From: Dicyema japonicum
Taxonomy: Eukaryota; Animalia; Dicyemida
Reading direction: 5' to 3'
Assembly: GCA_011109175.1 (NCBI GenBank)
Contig: RDEW01000041.1
Coordinates: 469,288-533,287 of the forward strand
DNA length: 64,000 nt
Under the pieces are notes generated by a model. That model searched no databases. It saw only the letters and a program-made list of their open reading frames with translations, and was not told the DNA's origin. Numbering within the stretch: the first letter of the stretch is position 1; each line of letters opens with the position of its first letter. Both the position numbers and the translations under genes were made by a program. This document shows, piece by piece, positions 11,179-23,178 of this stretch.

Positions 11179-13050
11179 AACCGCACACCCATTCTTTTCA
11201 TGCAAGATAAGCGACGTGCACCTGAGCAATTCCAACGTTAATGCAAGTAATTTGTTCAGAAACTCTTTTTTTTCTTGGAGATAAGTTACCATCTCATTAT
11301 CTTCCAATTACATCAGCTTTCATGAGTAATCAGTTCCACTAGGATGTTAGGCGCAGACGTCCTTAGTAACACTAATGTATGCCCATTTTGTCAATTGAAT
11401 GTAAATCAATAAAATTTAAATAATAAAACTGGGATGATGTTTACTGGTGTAATATTGAGCATCTTTAATTCTCAACAAGGACACACTTTTGATACTTCCA
11501 TATTTATTATTTATTTTAAAACCCAAAGACCACCAAAAAAGAAAGAATTAACTCGATAAATTAAGTGATCCCAGCCTCCAACATCTCTCGAATTCTCTTC
11601 GAATCTCCGCAGTGAACCAACACCGTTCCTGAAATGTCTTTTATTTCTGCAAGGAATTCTATCGGAGTGCACTTTTTTAATACCGATTTATATGCATCAT
11701 TAATTATTTAGTTGTAAGAAAAAAATCATTAATTATTTAGATGTAAGTAGACCTCCGATGTAAACGGAGAGAGCAAATGATTTTGTGTCAACCTACCATT
11801 GGCCGAAACCTGAAACAGATGAATCACATGACACCACTCTAATAGAAGACAAGTAGAAAAAAAGATGAGAAACTTTATCAGAGTATACCTATTAAGGGAC
11901 ATCGAACCAATGTGCTATTTACAGTATGACACCCTAAGCACTAAGCTACCTAAGTAGCTTACAGTTGTAAGGATTCATTTGAGTTTACCGATCATTTTCT
12001 AGAAATTTGTAAATAAGTGTTAAAATAGTTAAATATTTAAGCCACGTAAAATAATCATTGATTTATCATGACGACACGTGGTTTTCTGCTGTGGTGACTC
12101 TCAGTGTATATTATACACGAGGGGAATCAGTTTATCTCTCCAACCTCAGCATTTACTTCGATTAGTGGATATTCTCGTTCTCCCTTTGTTGCTTCTGTTA
12201 GGCTTTGGAACAAAACCTCATTTCTGACTCTTCTCTAACGATCATTCTTTAAGGATACCAGCAGAAATGACAGGAGCTTGGCTCCTGATTGCAAACCTCA
12301 AGTGACATGCTTACACAGGAGTCGAAGCTTACATATCTGTCCCATCCTTGTTTCCAAGATAGTCTATTTCGAGAGGACCATGTGAAAGATTTGATCGACT
12401 CCTAAAATTATCATGAGAGAGCTTTTATTCATGGTGTCTTTTTATATTCATAATTTATTGGGGCAATGTCGGTGGAATGTGGTGATTTGAACTCTTGGCT
12501 TCGATCACCATCCACCGACAGTCCTGGCAAGGACTGATCCAATCCAGAATAGTTAAAGGTTATAGTTCTTAATGAGTGTAGATGTTGCGATAGTTGAATT
12601 GGTTGCATTTCTAAAATTTCCTGAGATTCAAAAAACTAGTTATATCAACATAGATTTAATTTTCGAAATAGTATTTTACTGCAGCATGGCAACTTCCCCA
12701 TCTAATAATTATAAAGGTACCTTGTCAAAAAATCTGGAAGACATCCAGTATCTCTGAAAGGATGTCTAGATTTATTCTTTGCACTCAAATTTCTTTGATA
12801 AATAGTAGAGCATGCATCTTAAAATTAAAAATTTTAAAATTATTTCCAAAGACCAAGGGTAACCAAACTAACTAACTCCTCGATCCTGAGTCGTTCCAGC
12901 ATTCTAGAACTTGTCACCAGTTAACGACGTTGTCCCCAAGGAAGAATTGTTGGATCCTCTTAATGCCGGCCAAGCATTGGGCTCCTCCACAGTAAGGTGA
13001 TCCAATGACGCCATAAGAAAATAAATAATTTTACCAAACTATCTAGCACC
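11179..13050 (-). pseudogene. Unidentified degenerate host-gene remnant B, copy 1 (strand tentative)
   Basis: Protein-like minus-strand stretches (EDNEMVT...FLNKLLALT; NLDILSEILDV) and short intron-like T-rich AG-ending segments. Repeated at 39940-41990 and 43730-45760. Confidence 0.35.
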
Positions 13051-13329
13051 ACATGGCGCAACGAGATTTTTAGGATTTTTAAAATTTTTAAATCTTAGAT
13101 TTGTTATATATTGATTTAGTAGCATTTATAATTCAGAAAATAATTAATTAATTAAAAATTACATTTTTAATTTTCAGATTAAATTATGAACAAACACGAA
13201 TTATAAGATCATACAATTAAAATATCACAAAAATTTGAACCCATTTTTATAGTTTCTGGTATAGTTATTTGCCATCAGTTTTACATTTACCTAACTTATT
13301 AATTTATAGCATTTTAAGTCAGAAAAATG

Positions 13330-15085
13330 AATACACGTTTATTAAGTGTTGTGGTGTGATCAACAAAAATCTCAGATGGAACATAAAGAACGAAAAGAAG
13401 ACAAAGTACGAGGAACAAATCCAGTACGGACAAATCAGGTATGTTTTTTTATGTGGAAATCGAAGATCAGGAAATATGGGATTAACTGTACACAATGTGA
13501 ATCATTCGCCAATCTGGGCTGCATAAAAATGAGTAAAGCTTGCGCCGAGACGCTGTCGAGTTGGGTGTGCCCCTCTTGTATTGGAATGGAGGCCCCCAAG
13601 CGCGAAAAAATAACTCAGTCAAACTTTACACTGCCACATACAGACCATACTCTTTTGAAGATCTCGAACCTCAGGAAAGCCATGAAGATCCAGTAAAATC
13701 CCTAAAGGAGTACGAATTGCCGCAGCAACGTGTCTTTCAGATGCCATTGATCACGCACTATCCTCTGACAGTTAGGAATCCTGGCTAAAACTTATATGCT
13801 TTGCACCTGTCGCACTCGGAATACCTACAAAGGAATCTGAGGACAATAATAAAGAAACAAACTCCCGACTCAACTTATCCGGGAAAATGAAACGAAACAT
13901 AATGAATTTTAGCTGTCATAACATACACGCAATACTTGAACATCCACTTAATGTCAATGAGGTCGAAACCAGAGGAGCATTCATTAAAGATGCCCCCAAC
14001 AATCTAAAGGATAGAGTAAACCGGAAACTTCTGGAGGGCGACGTGCGGGAGCCTTACGGTTATCACATCCGATGACACAATATTGTCTTGTCACCCGAGG
14101 TCCTAAATACCTTAATACTAAAACATCCAGATGCACCGACTGACTATGAAAAGTTTTTGAATCCTGAAAGAACCCAGGAGATCATCATTACTAATCCGAA
14201 GTGCGCCACGGAATAACTTCCTTCGCCGCTAGAAGCGGTGGAGGCTTGGAAGGGTTACGTCCTGGCCATATTTAGGACCTTACGTCCACTTACACCTCGG
14301 AAGCTGGACGATGTCTTGTCAAATCAATTACGGACCTAATCAGAAAAATGTTTAACCGCGACATCCCAAAATATGCCAAAGAATTGCTCTTCTCCCCAAG
14401 GCTACTTGCTTTCAAAAAACCCAACAGAGGAATCCACCCCATTGCGGTCGGGAACTATTTTAGAAGACTTGCAGCAAAAGTAGCATCGACCTGGTGAGCC
14501 GACAACTCGGAGAGAACTTCTTTCTTAAACAAATGGGTGTTAGTATCCATAACGGATGTGAGGCTGAGGTTCATGCAGCAAGGCGTTTCTTCACACATAA
14601 AAATATTTCAAATGAATGCATTGGAATTAAGTTGGACATAACGAATGCCTTCAATTCTCTAAGAAGAGATGAAATTATGAAAACGTGTTGTAAGAGGGCT
14701 CCAAAGCTTTTCTCTCTTGTCAATTTATCCTATGGGGAAGATACGTCTTTGGTTTTTGAAAATGAAATTATTAAATCAAAAACGGGTGTCTAACAAGGAG
14801 ATCCGGTCGGACCTCTCTTATTTGCCCTGACCATTGATGAGGTCGTGAGATCAATTGATGCTCAGCTAAATCTCTGGTAAATCGATGATGCCACAATTGA
14901 AGGATCGTTCAAGGAAACATACAAATCATTACGTAAAGCGTTACCCGCTTTAAAACATTTTGGTTTGGACATCAATGTTAACAAATTAGAGCTAATAAAT
15001 GTCTCATATCCATACACCGACTTCCTCTCTATCAAGGAGTCTTTTAACGAACTGCTTCCTAGGATCCCGACTGTGCCAGTTGATA
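13330..15085 (+). mobile_element. Degenerate CRE-clade element (CRE-3 family), PHD to RT, 3'-truncated
   Basis: PHD CFLC..KYGINCTQC..LGC..WVCPSC; PIAVGNYFRRLAAK; GCEAEVH; KLDITNAFN; QGDP; many frameshifts. Confidence 0.85.
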
Positions 15086-15089
15086 AATT

Positions 15090-15560
15090 TTCTCATTCAT
15101 ATTCAAAGGATTTTCTCACTCACTCAAAGCATTTTCTCACTCATATTAGAAAGACCTTTTCCAAGGTTATCACGACGAAGATATAACCATTGGTTATTTG
15201 AAGAGATTTATTGAATTTGTTTTATAAAGACCAAACTCTCAATTCTTCTGTTAACTTCTGTAGATATTATTTTTCAACATTTTTGACTGTTAATCCGACA
15301 TCAGGACCCTCTATTAATCCCAGATATTTATATCTTCCAATTATATCTAACATCCTTGATTCTTTCGATAATAGATCTGAGTTATAATCTGTCTTTTCCA
15401 GATTCTTTTCAAACTCAACAGCTAAAATATATATTGTTAACGTCTTCGATCATTTTCATTATAACCGCTTCGTTATTCGAAACAATTTTCAGATCATCTA
15501 TGGACAGATGACGGCTAGTCGAAAATGACGAAACTGTTCTATTTCTTCAGTGAATTTTCC
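15090..15560 (-). mobile_element. R4-like non-LTR RT fragment
   Basis: SHHLSIDDLKIVSNNEEVIMKM (catalytic xxDD motif) and YKYLGLIE..., as seen in R4/Dong-type RTs. Confidence 0.65.
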
Positions 15561-17775
15561 AGATTTTTTCGAAATTTTAAAAATCAAAAATACTATTATC
15601 GGATTAATTAATGACGCAGAAAGTTACAAAAGTGAATAACAACCCAGCCAAAGTCGACCTACACAACACTTCCCGTTTTTATGAAACTACAAATATCTAC
15701 TCATTCACAGTTGAAAACAAGACACTGTGCAGAGCTATAGAATTTGAAATAGATAAGAAATGGCTATAATAGCGATCAACTAAGAGCACATAATTGTGAG
15801 AACGACGATTTCAACCGATTCCACTATGAGCAACCCAATAATGGAAACCTGACGAATTCAACCGATTCCACTATGAGATACTAGACAGCCTTGTTGTACT
15901 GATGTCAGTCATGTCAACTACAAGCGCGATAAAAATCGCCAATATATTGCATCTCCACAATGAGTCAAGATCTATGCGGATGAGTCACAGAAGCCCTGGT
16001 ACCTTCCATCTCGAATTCTACAAAAAATCTGATAAGACAACCTTTATGGAGACCGTGGATAATATTTGTCCCATTGGACTGGACAACCACAAATTCAGAG
16101 AAATAACCTCGAGGTCATTAGAAATTGTAATGAAGAACCTACCCTTTGGGTGGAAGACAGTGATCACCTGGACTCCTTTTAAGAGATAGCCCTATCCACA
16201 ACGAATGTCTCTCGAATGTTCAGAAGAGGACAGACGTTGTCAATGGCCAAAGCGTCAATCGGACACAAAGAGGAGGCCACATAGCTAATCTGTGAGGCTT
16301 TTTAATTGGAAGAAACATGGTCACTTGAGAATGGATGCGGTAAGACCCGTTGATTTGTTAGGAATGCCAAAAAATTGGGCACTTTGCGTACCAATGCAAG
16401 AATTGTATCCGCTGTGCAGGAGAACACGACATCTCCAAATGCCTCGAAAACAACTGTGTCATCTGTGGATAACTATGTCAACGGCAGACCCGAAATAACA
16501 TGCCTGAAAAAATCTTCAAGAAGTTAGAAGATATAATCTCAAGATTATAGGAACTCAGTAAAATCACCCAGAATGGATTTAAAAAAGATGTTGACTTTGC
16601 AATGGAAAGCATCATGAGCTAACACCATGGAAAAGAGGCGCCACCAAGATTGACGTTTTGGTAATCAATGAGACCATGATAAAAAAGACCAAAACTACTA
16701 CTATGGAGAAATACAACTCGATAGAAATACCATGGGCGGAAGGCGACACGGCTGATACGGGAATCTCTTCTACCGTGATGACCTTCAAGCACGGAGCCGG
16801 AATATAGCACAGAACATAATGTGAATTCGTTTCCATCAACCGTTTTATAGAGATTAACGTATTTTTTGAAAGAAATGCCATGTCTATCTTGGTGAGCGAC
16901 ATAAATTCAAAAAACGTCAGTTACAGGTGCCACAAGACCAATGGCGACTGACGATACTGAAAATTTATGCTGAGATAGCATTACATCGGATGAGCTCAAC
17001 CGTTTTTCTCACCATGGTGGAGACATGCTTAGTGTTTTCCTTGTATCACCGCTACTGTACACATATGTGGAAAGACCAAGAACTATGCGGGATATCGGTA
17101 GTGACCACATATTACAGGAACTGGTCTTGAATTTAGTACCAGATGTCATTCACACATAAAATGGAAAGACTACAGGAATTACCTCACAAGGAACCTAAAA
17201 AAGTGGACGGAGGAACCCATTTCAACAAATGAAATCAAAAATACGAACTGCAAGCTCACAAACATCAAAGGGACATATTTGCAACTATATGCTAAGAAGA
17301 ATTCTTGAATGAAAACCGTAACAAATGTATCCACATTTCACCTAAAACCTTGGAACTGATCAAAGAAAAAAAGTCGACTGAGAACTAACTTATGATGATA
17401 TGTTGACCGGATGAACCTCATGACGCTACGGTTCAGCTCAAATAACCAAATGAACCATCGTATGCTGGCAGTAAGTACGGAAACCTTCCTTTTCGTTTTC
17501 ACAAAGATAATCCTACCGAGGCTATTACATGGATGTGAGGCGTGATACCTATCCACGAAGAAAGAAAGGATATTATCAGTACTGGCGAAGTCTAGAAGAT
17601 TAGTCATAAAGTTAGCCCTGGGCAGAAGACTACGCGACGTCCTGAGTACTGAAAAAGATCTGAGTCTTGCCCTAGTGAAGCAAATTGTGAAAAACAGGAT
17701 TTGTAGATTCCTACGTAAGAACGCACATTAATTATGGAGATGGGGACGTCAAAAGGACCAGGCCGCAAAGACGTA
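15560..17775 (+). mobile_element. RT-deleted APE LINE, copy L2
   Basis: Degenerate gag knuckles; APE motifs KIDVLVINET, ILVSDINSK (GDxN-like) and DIGSDH; C-terminal region as in L1. Confidence 0.78.
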
Positions 17776-18097
17776 CTATTTAAAACCCCTATATCTAACT
17801 CCTAATCCGGGAAGTTTGTCGAGATTTATTTTTTACGACCAGCCTCGATGGACTTTTAGATCATCTAAGAATTGTGATATTTGAAAGAGTTTGTCAGAAG
17901 AATTTTGATTGTTTATATCAATGTTAATGAGATTTTAGAAACAAATTGGTGTTTTGTTCACATCAGATAATTGTTAAAAACATTTGGATTTGAAAAAAGT
18001 CAGTCTAGCAGAAATAATGAATTAGTCCTAAGTATGAAATTAATTGCCATCAAGTGAGGAATACGTATTGTTAATAATTTATTAAAAAGGAAGATTA

Positions 18098-20162
18098 GAC
18101 CTTCGAAATAAAAAATTAGACTACCGAGTAAAATAATGGATATTGAAATTTGCTTGATGCGGATTTTCTTTTATAAATTGGTAAATATTATTTAGAATAT
18201 ATTCTTTTGGACTCAAATCACCGAATCGAAATTTACAAATGTAGGCAAAATATGATTCGGATCCCCCAATATAAAAGTCATGCAACTCCGGATAAAATAT
18301 TGCCCGTCAAAAAAGAGTTGATTTAACTCAGGATTCCTTTCAATGAAACACCGATTTTACAATAAATCTTCTATTACTCCACACGTCGCCAGTAAACCTC
18401 TTGCTTTTGGATATTTAGCTAGAGTTGCCACAATTTTGATGATTCTAATGGTGATATAATGACCTGAAATTCCGTCTATCTGAACCCTTTTAAAAGCATT
18501 GTGAATTTGAGCAATTCCATCCAAATCAACAAACAAATCCACGTTTTGTTCATTTTCGTCTAAATAAATATATGTTGAATGCCTAGAAGATATCTCAACA
18601 CATTGAATAAGCCAGAAGTCATGCAGTTGCATTTTTCAAGAAATTTAAAGCAATACTAGGATTATCTTTTCATTAATTTTAAACTTTGACAAGTCCGGAA
18701 TAGCCAAGATAAGTCAGAAAGTTTATGCTCATATCTTTCATAATTTCACTTTCGTAGCTGTTCCAAAAACACATTTTTTTAAGCACGTATGAGAACGAAG
18801 GTAACTAAAATTAAAAATTTTCAAACAAAAACTGAAGTCTCCCATGGTTTTACAAACTTTAATATGCTTACACAATCAGTAATTTTCTAAAAATTTGAAA
18901 TTACAGTACATTTTCATCATCATCAAAAGGTCGGTAAGGATGAACCACGTCAAGAAAAGTATCATAAATCATGCTAAGAATAGAATCAACACATACCAAC
19001 GATTAAAGTAAGAAATTTCATAGTCTTGGGTGATCTCAATAAGAATAGTCCTGGAGTAATAAAATTCACTTACATGATATTCTGAAATCACACACTTAGT
19101 CTCATACAACTGGTCGAAAAACTGAACTAATACTTTTTTAAATACTTTCAAAAATCGACTTAAAATTTTATTTCTAAATTTTCTATTCCCATTGCAAATT
19201 TCATAAATGACTTTATACAATTGTTTTTCATCTCCTAAATCTAAGACAGATCTGAGTAAGTTGTTTACAAGTGATTCTTTATTATTCTATGATATATCAT
19301 AAAATTTACCGATTCGTTTATATCCACACTGAAATTTGTAATTAGGTCCAAATTATTTTTTCTCAATCCATGTTTGGCCACGTGTCTATGATTATTATAA
19401 TCGATAACTTTGTTAATTTTTCCATGTCTATATTATAACCCGATAGATCGAGAAATGTTAGATTTTTGGTTTTTTCGAGAAGAGGAATACAATTAACCTT
19501 AAATGCATCAATATTTGTTTCATCATATTCATTAGTTGCATGCTTAAAATCACTGAATTTGATATAAATTAAACCACAGAGACTCTGGACTGTTTAGGTT
19601 AGCGGCAAACTCTTCAAAGTCAATAATTTGAACGTTCATAAAGTATATATGCTCAAGTTTATCCATTATTTTAATTGTGCTGTTTTTAAAAATTATTTCA
19701 TCATTTTCTAAATCGCCAAGCTCAAGGGATTTGATTTTGTTAAATCCAGTCATAAATAGGGAATGTAGCAAATCTGGGTCATCATATTCTTGAAGTGAGA
19801 ATGATTGGACGTTATTGGGTGAGAATGGTAGTAAAGGATTATTTTTTGAAATTATTTTACATAATTTAATATTCGATAAATTTGGATAAACTTGAATCAT
19901 CTTGACAATATCTTCAACATCAATTCGCTTACAAAATTCAACGCAGAAAACATTTTTTTACTACATCTGAAATCTTACTTAATTTTGAATATAGTTCGTC
20001 TGGAAATTCAATTCGAAATGGATCTCTCGCATATCTCAGTTGTCTAAGTAATCTTTTAAAAATCATTTTTCTAGTTTTTTCGTTTAATTCTTGATATTTT
20101 TTATCATCAAAGTCTATTCGAATTTGATCAAGGCAATGCGCATATAATGAGGGTATTTCCAT
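18098..20162 (-). pseudogene. ZYG11/ZER1-like paralog A, copy 2 (about 300-bp deletion removes the 3' end)
   Basis: Starts MEIPSLYAHCLDQI (BC/VHL-box-like PSLxxxC). LRR-like exon 1, then micro-introns and the ARM region. Deletion junction aaggaagattag|accttcg. Confidence 0.78.
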
Positions 20163-21177
20163 TTACTAACAAAATGATGAATTTATAATTATGTTAATTT
20201 TCAAAAAATATTAATTTTACTTAAAAAATAAATTTATTTATTAGAATAATTAATTTTATTGAATTTTATAACAATATAGTATCCTTGGTCAAATGTGATC
20301 CTCCAATACTCGGCGTTGTGTGAGTCATGCTTCTGATGTGGATGTCTGCTTAATTCTGTATTTTTTGATTTTGCTGTTGAATAATTTTAAATCAGTTTGT
20401 TAAGAATTTAACTCCAACAGGTAATTCTTTTTTCAAAGAGAGATGATTCTTATAACGGTGTTCATGTTGCACTAGGACCTAGTGACTAGGTGCTAGTGGA
20501 TTTGTACGATCTGTTACTTCATGGAATAATAGTTTTGAATTTGGATAGTTGTAGACATGAAATATTAGGTATAGATTTTCAATAAATAAATTAGTAGTTT
20601 TATTAAATCACATCGAAAATTCATCGTAAAAAAGTATATTATTTTTATGTAAAATAAAATTAGTGTGATGAAGGCTTTAAGGCAGATAAATTAGCACGCA
20701 GTTTAATGTTATGAATCAAAAATACAATCATACATATTAGAAGTGGTTTATCCAGGGATATAAACTACCAGGGCATGTTTTAGAGTCAGTTCGAGTTTAT
20801 GAACAACGGGGGAACATCTCCGGGTTTATAGATGTTAAAATTTTGATTAAATCAGGTTAATGGACCTCAATGTTATTTCAAATATTTACAAATTTTTTGT
20901 AATCTTGGGGATTGAAGTTGTTTGTTTGTTAGAATAGTGTAGATTAAATCCAAGCATTTGATGACATAAGATCCTTCAGTCGAACTCCTTCAGCTCAAAG
21001 ATAAGTGAACTATTCGACAATTCTATATTTATGATTGGCGTGCAAATTAAAGAGATGATAATTTGCTAATTTTGTGACTCCAGTTTATGCTTTCACGTGT
21101 CTTTCAATTCAGAGATAAAATTCAAGATAAAAACATTTACTTAAAAGTTATGAGAAAGCGCAGTCACTTGTTCTACT

Positions 21178-21490
21178 GTGAGCTATCACTCCGACTGTTC
21201 TTTTCGTATTTTTGCAACAAGCCGACAAACGGTTGGATGTTTTATAGACACTCTTTGTGAAAAAGATCTGTGCCATCCTTCAAGTGAATTTGTAGTTCTT
21301 GGGAGGCCTTCTTCCTGTCTGTCGTGTACATTCCACATTTCCAAACTAAACAATGGTCTTATTCTCCTTTCACGTTGCAAGGCTCCGATCCATGTTGTCT
21401 CAAAATAGGTCAGAATATCTCCCAATACGTAATCAGTCTCGTCTTCTATAGTTTCAAGTAGCGATCGGAAACTCAAAATGACTTGAGTTA
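21178..21490 (-). mobile_element. MULE (Mutator-like) transposase C-terminal fragment
   Basis: YFETTWIG..PLFSLEMWNVHDR..RTTNSLEGWHRSF..HP, the characteristic post-catalytic MULE signature. Confidence 0.8.
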
Positions 21491-21599
21491 CATAAACGGC
21501 CAAATGTCTATCGGCCTAATATCTGTCTGCCAAATGTCCTTGTACCGATTATGCCAATTCTCAAGTCTGGAAAGCGCTTTGCCAAAACTGCTTGATCTT

Positions 21600-22035
21600 C
21601 CCAAAATCAAGACTAATCTAAATGGGATCCCAAAAGGCTTCCCTTTATCTGTTCTCCTCTATAACTTATTTCTACATGACTTACCTACTACCAAAGATCA
21701 GGAAACCATGTTTTTATCTTACGCGGACTACCTACTATCGAAGCAAGGGATAGATCTCCCTCCGTGGCTGTGACGGTGATCACATCTCAACCCATGAGTG
21801 TCACTGGCTATCCGCAAATATGTTCTCTTATCTGCATCCAAGTCTCAGTTCATTCTCTCCACTTAAGACAAGAGATTTAAGGATGGACTCGAGATATTCT
21901 TTGGAGACATCCCTATCCTTCTACATGAATCCAATAACTATCGACACTTTAAAAACGTTTTCCAGTCACATGGAGGAAGTGTTAACCAAGGGGCTACGTA
22001 AGTGGAACTATTATAAAGAAGAGTCCTTTCCCACC
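21600..22035 (+). mobile_element. Degenerate LINE RT fragment
   Basis: GIPKGFPLSVLLYNLFLHDLP...LSYADYL resembles the GVPQGSPLSP...YADD RT motifs. Confidence 0.7.
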
Positions 22036-23178
22036 TACAGAATGTATCAGTAAGCTCTACCTTCAAATTATTGAATATGCTCGTTCTGTCTAGAGATTTG
22101 CTATTTTCTCTAAGCGACCAAAAAGAATTTTTTCTTGGTAGTCTTGGGGTTTAAATAAATAATGTGCCATTTTTGTTAACCACCAGTTCTTTCACTTAAA
22201 GCGACCAGGGGAGCACAATTTTCGATTTAACAAAATTATTAGACATTTATTACCACTACGACTTGCATGAAACTCTTCTCGTTCCTTTTGTCCTACCAAT
22301 ACCTGACTAACACAAGTAGGTCATATTCGAAATGACAAACTTTACGAGAATCACGTAGAACCATTGAAGGATCCGGCATGGCGAATAATTGATCTTACAG
22401 ATTAGAAGGAAACCGACGACTTTTCCAGAATTACCTTTGGGGCAGAAACATCAGTGAGATTGACGATAAATTTAGTGAGATTTCCTCTACTATTTTCTTT
22501 CTCTTTCCCTAAGTATCTTTTGGATATAAAATACATCATCAAGCAGGTGGAACTTCTGTAACAAAATAATTGAAGAAAAATGGCCTTGTGTCTCGCGATC
22601 TTTTATGTCTGAAAATATGAAATTAAGAACTTCTTGAAATTCACAACTTTTACTACTTTTGAGTTAAGATGGAAAAGATAGTCACCACAGGATCAGCCTG
22701 ATTTTTAAAAAAGCCTGTATTTTCTTTAAAGCCCTGATCTTGAATATATTCCATTACACCTATTTCGATAATAGCATATAAGGCTCATAGGACCATAACC
22801 CAGTGGATATTTTCGGTGATCCTGATTTTCATAGATGACTCAGGTTTGTCTTGAATATGTCCAGAAAAATTCTAATAGTTTCTAGATCATTGAGAGCCTT
22901 GTCTGACCAATAAATTCGAATTTATTCATCTGTTTCGATTAATTCAAAGTTTGATTAACACGTGTTTAAATTTTTAAAATTATATAATCAAACTCATAAA
23001 ATATTGCAGCAACAAGCACGATGTCCTTCTCAGGACTATCTCCGGCATTCAAAATTCTCGGAGTCGCAGGTGAAATCAATAAAATTTAATTTTTACAAAT
23101 TAATTTTATTTTTTATAAAAATCAATAAATATTTTTTTTGAAAATTAATTTAATTATAAATTCAAAACTTGTTAGAAA

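Noticed and set aside
11696-11748. Apparent 2-nt microexons (ttag TT gtaag...ttag AT gtaagt)
   Set aside because: A 29-bp local tandem duplication of atcattaattatttagNtgtaag explains the pattern, and there is no supported plus-strand gene model around it.
11942-11961. Perfect 8-bp hairpin taagctac-ctaa-gtagctta, present in three copies
   Set aside because: A short stem like this is expected by chance in 64 kb, and its conservation simply reflects recent segmental duplication.
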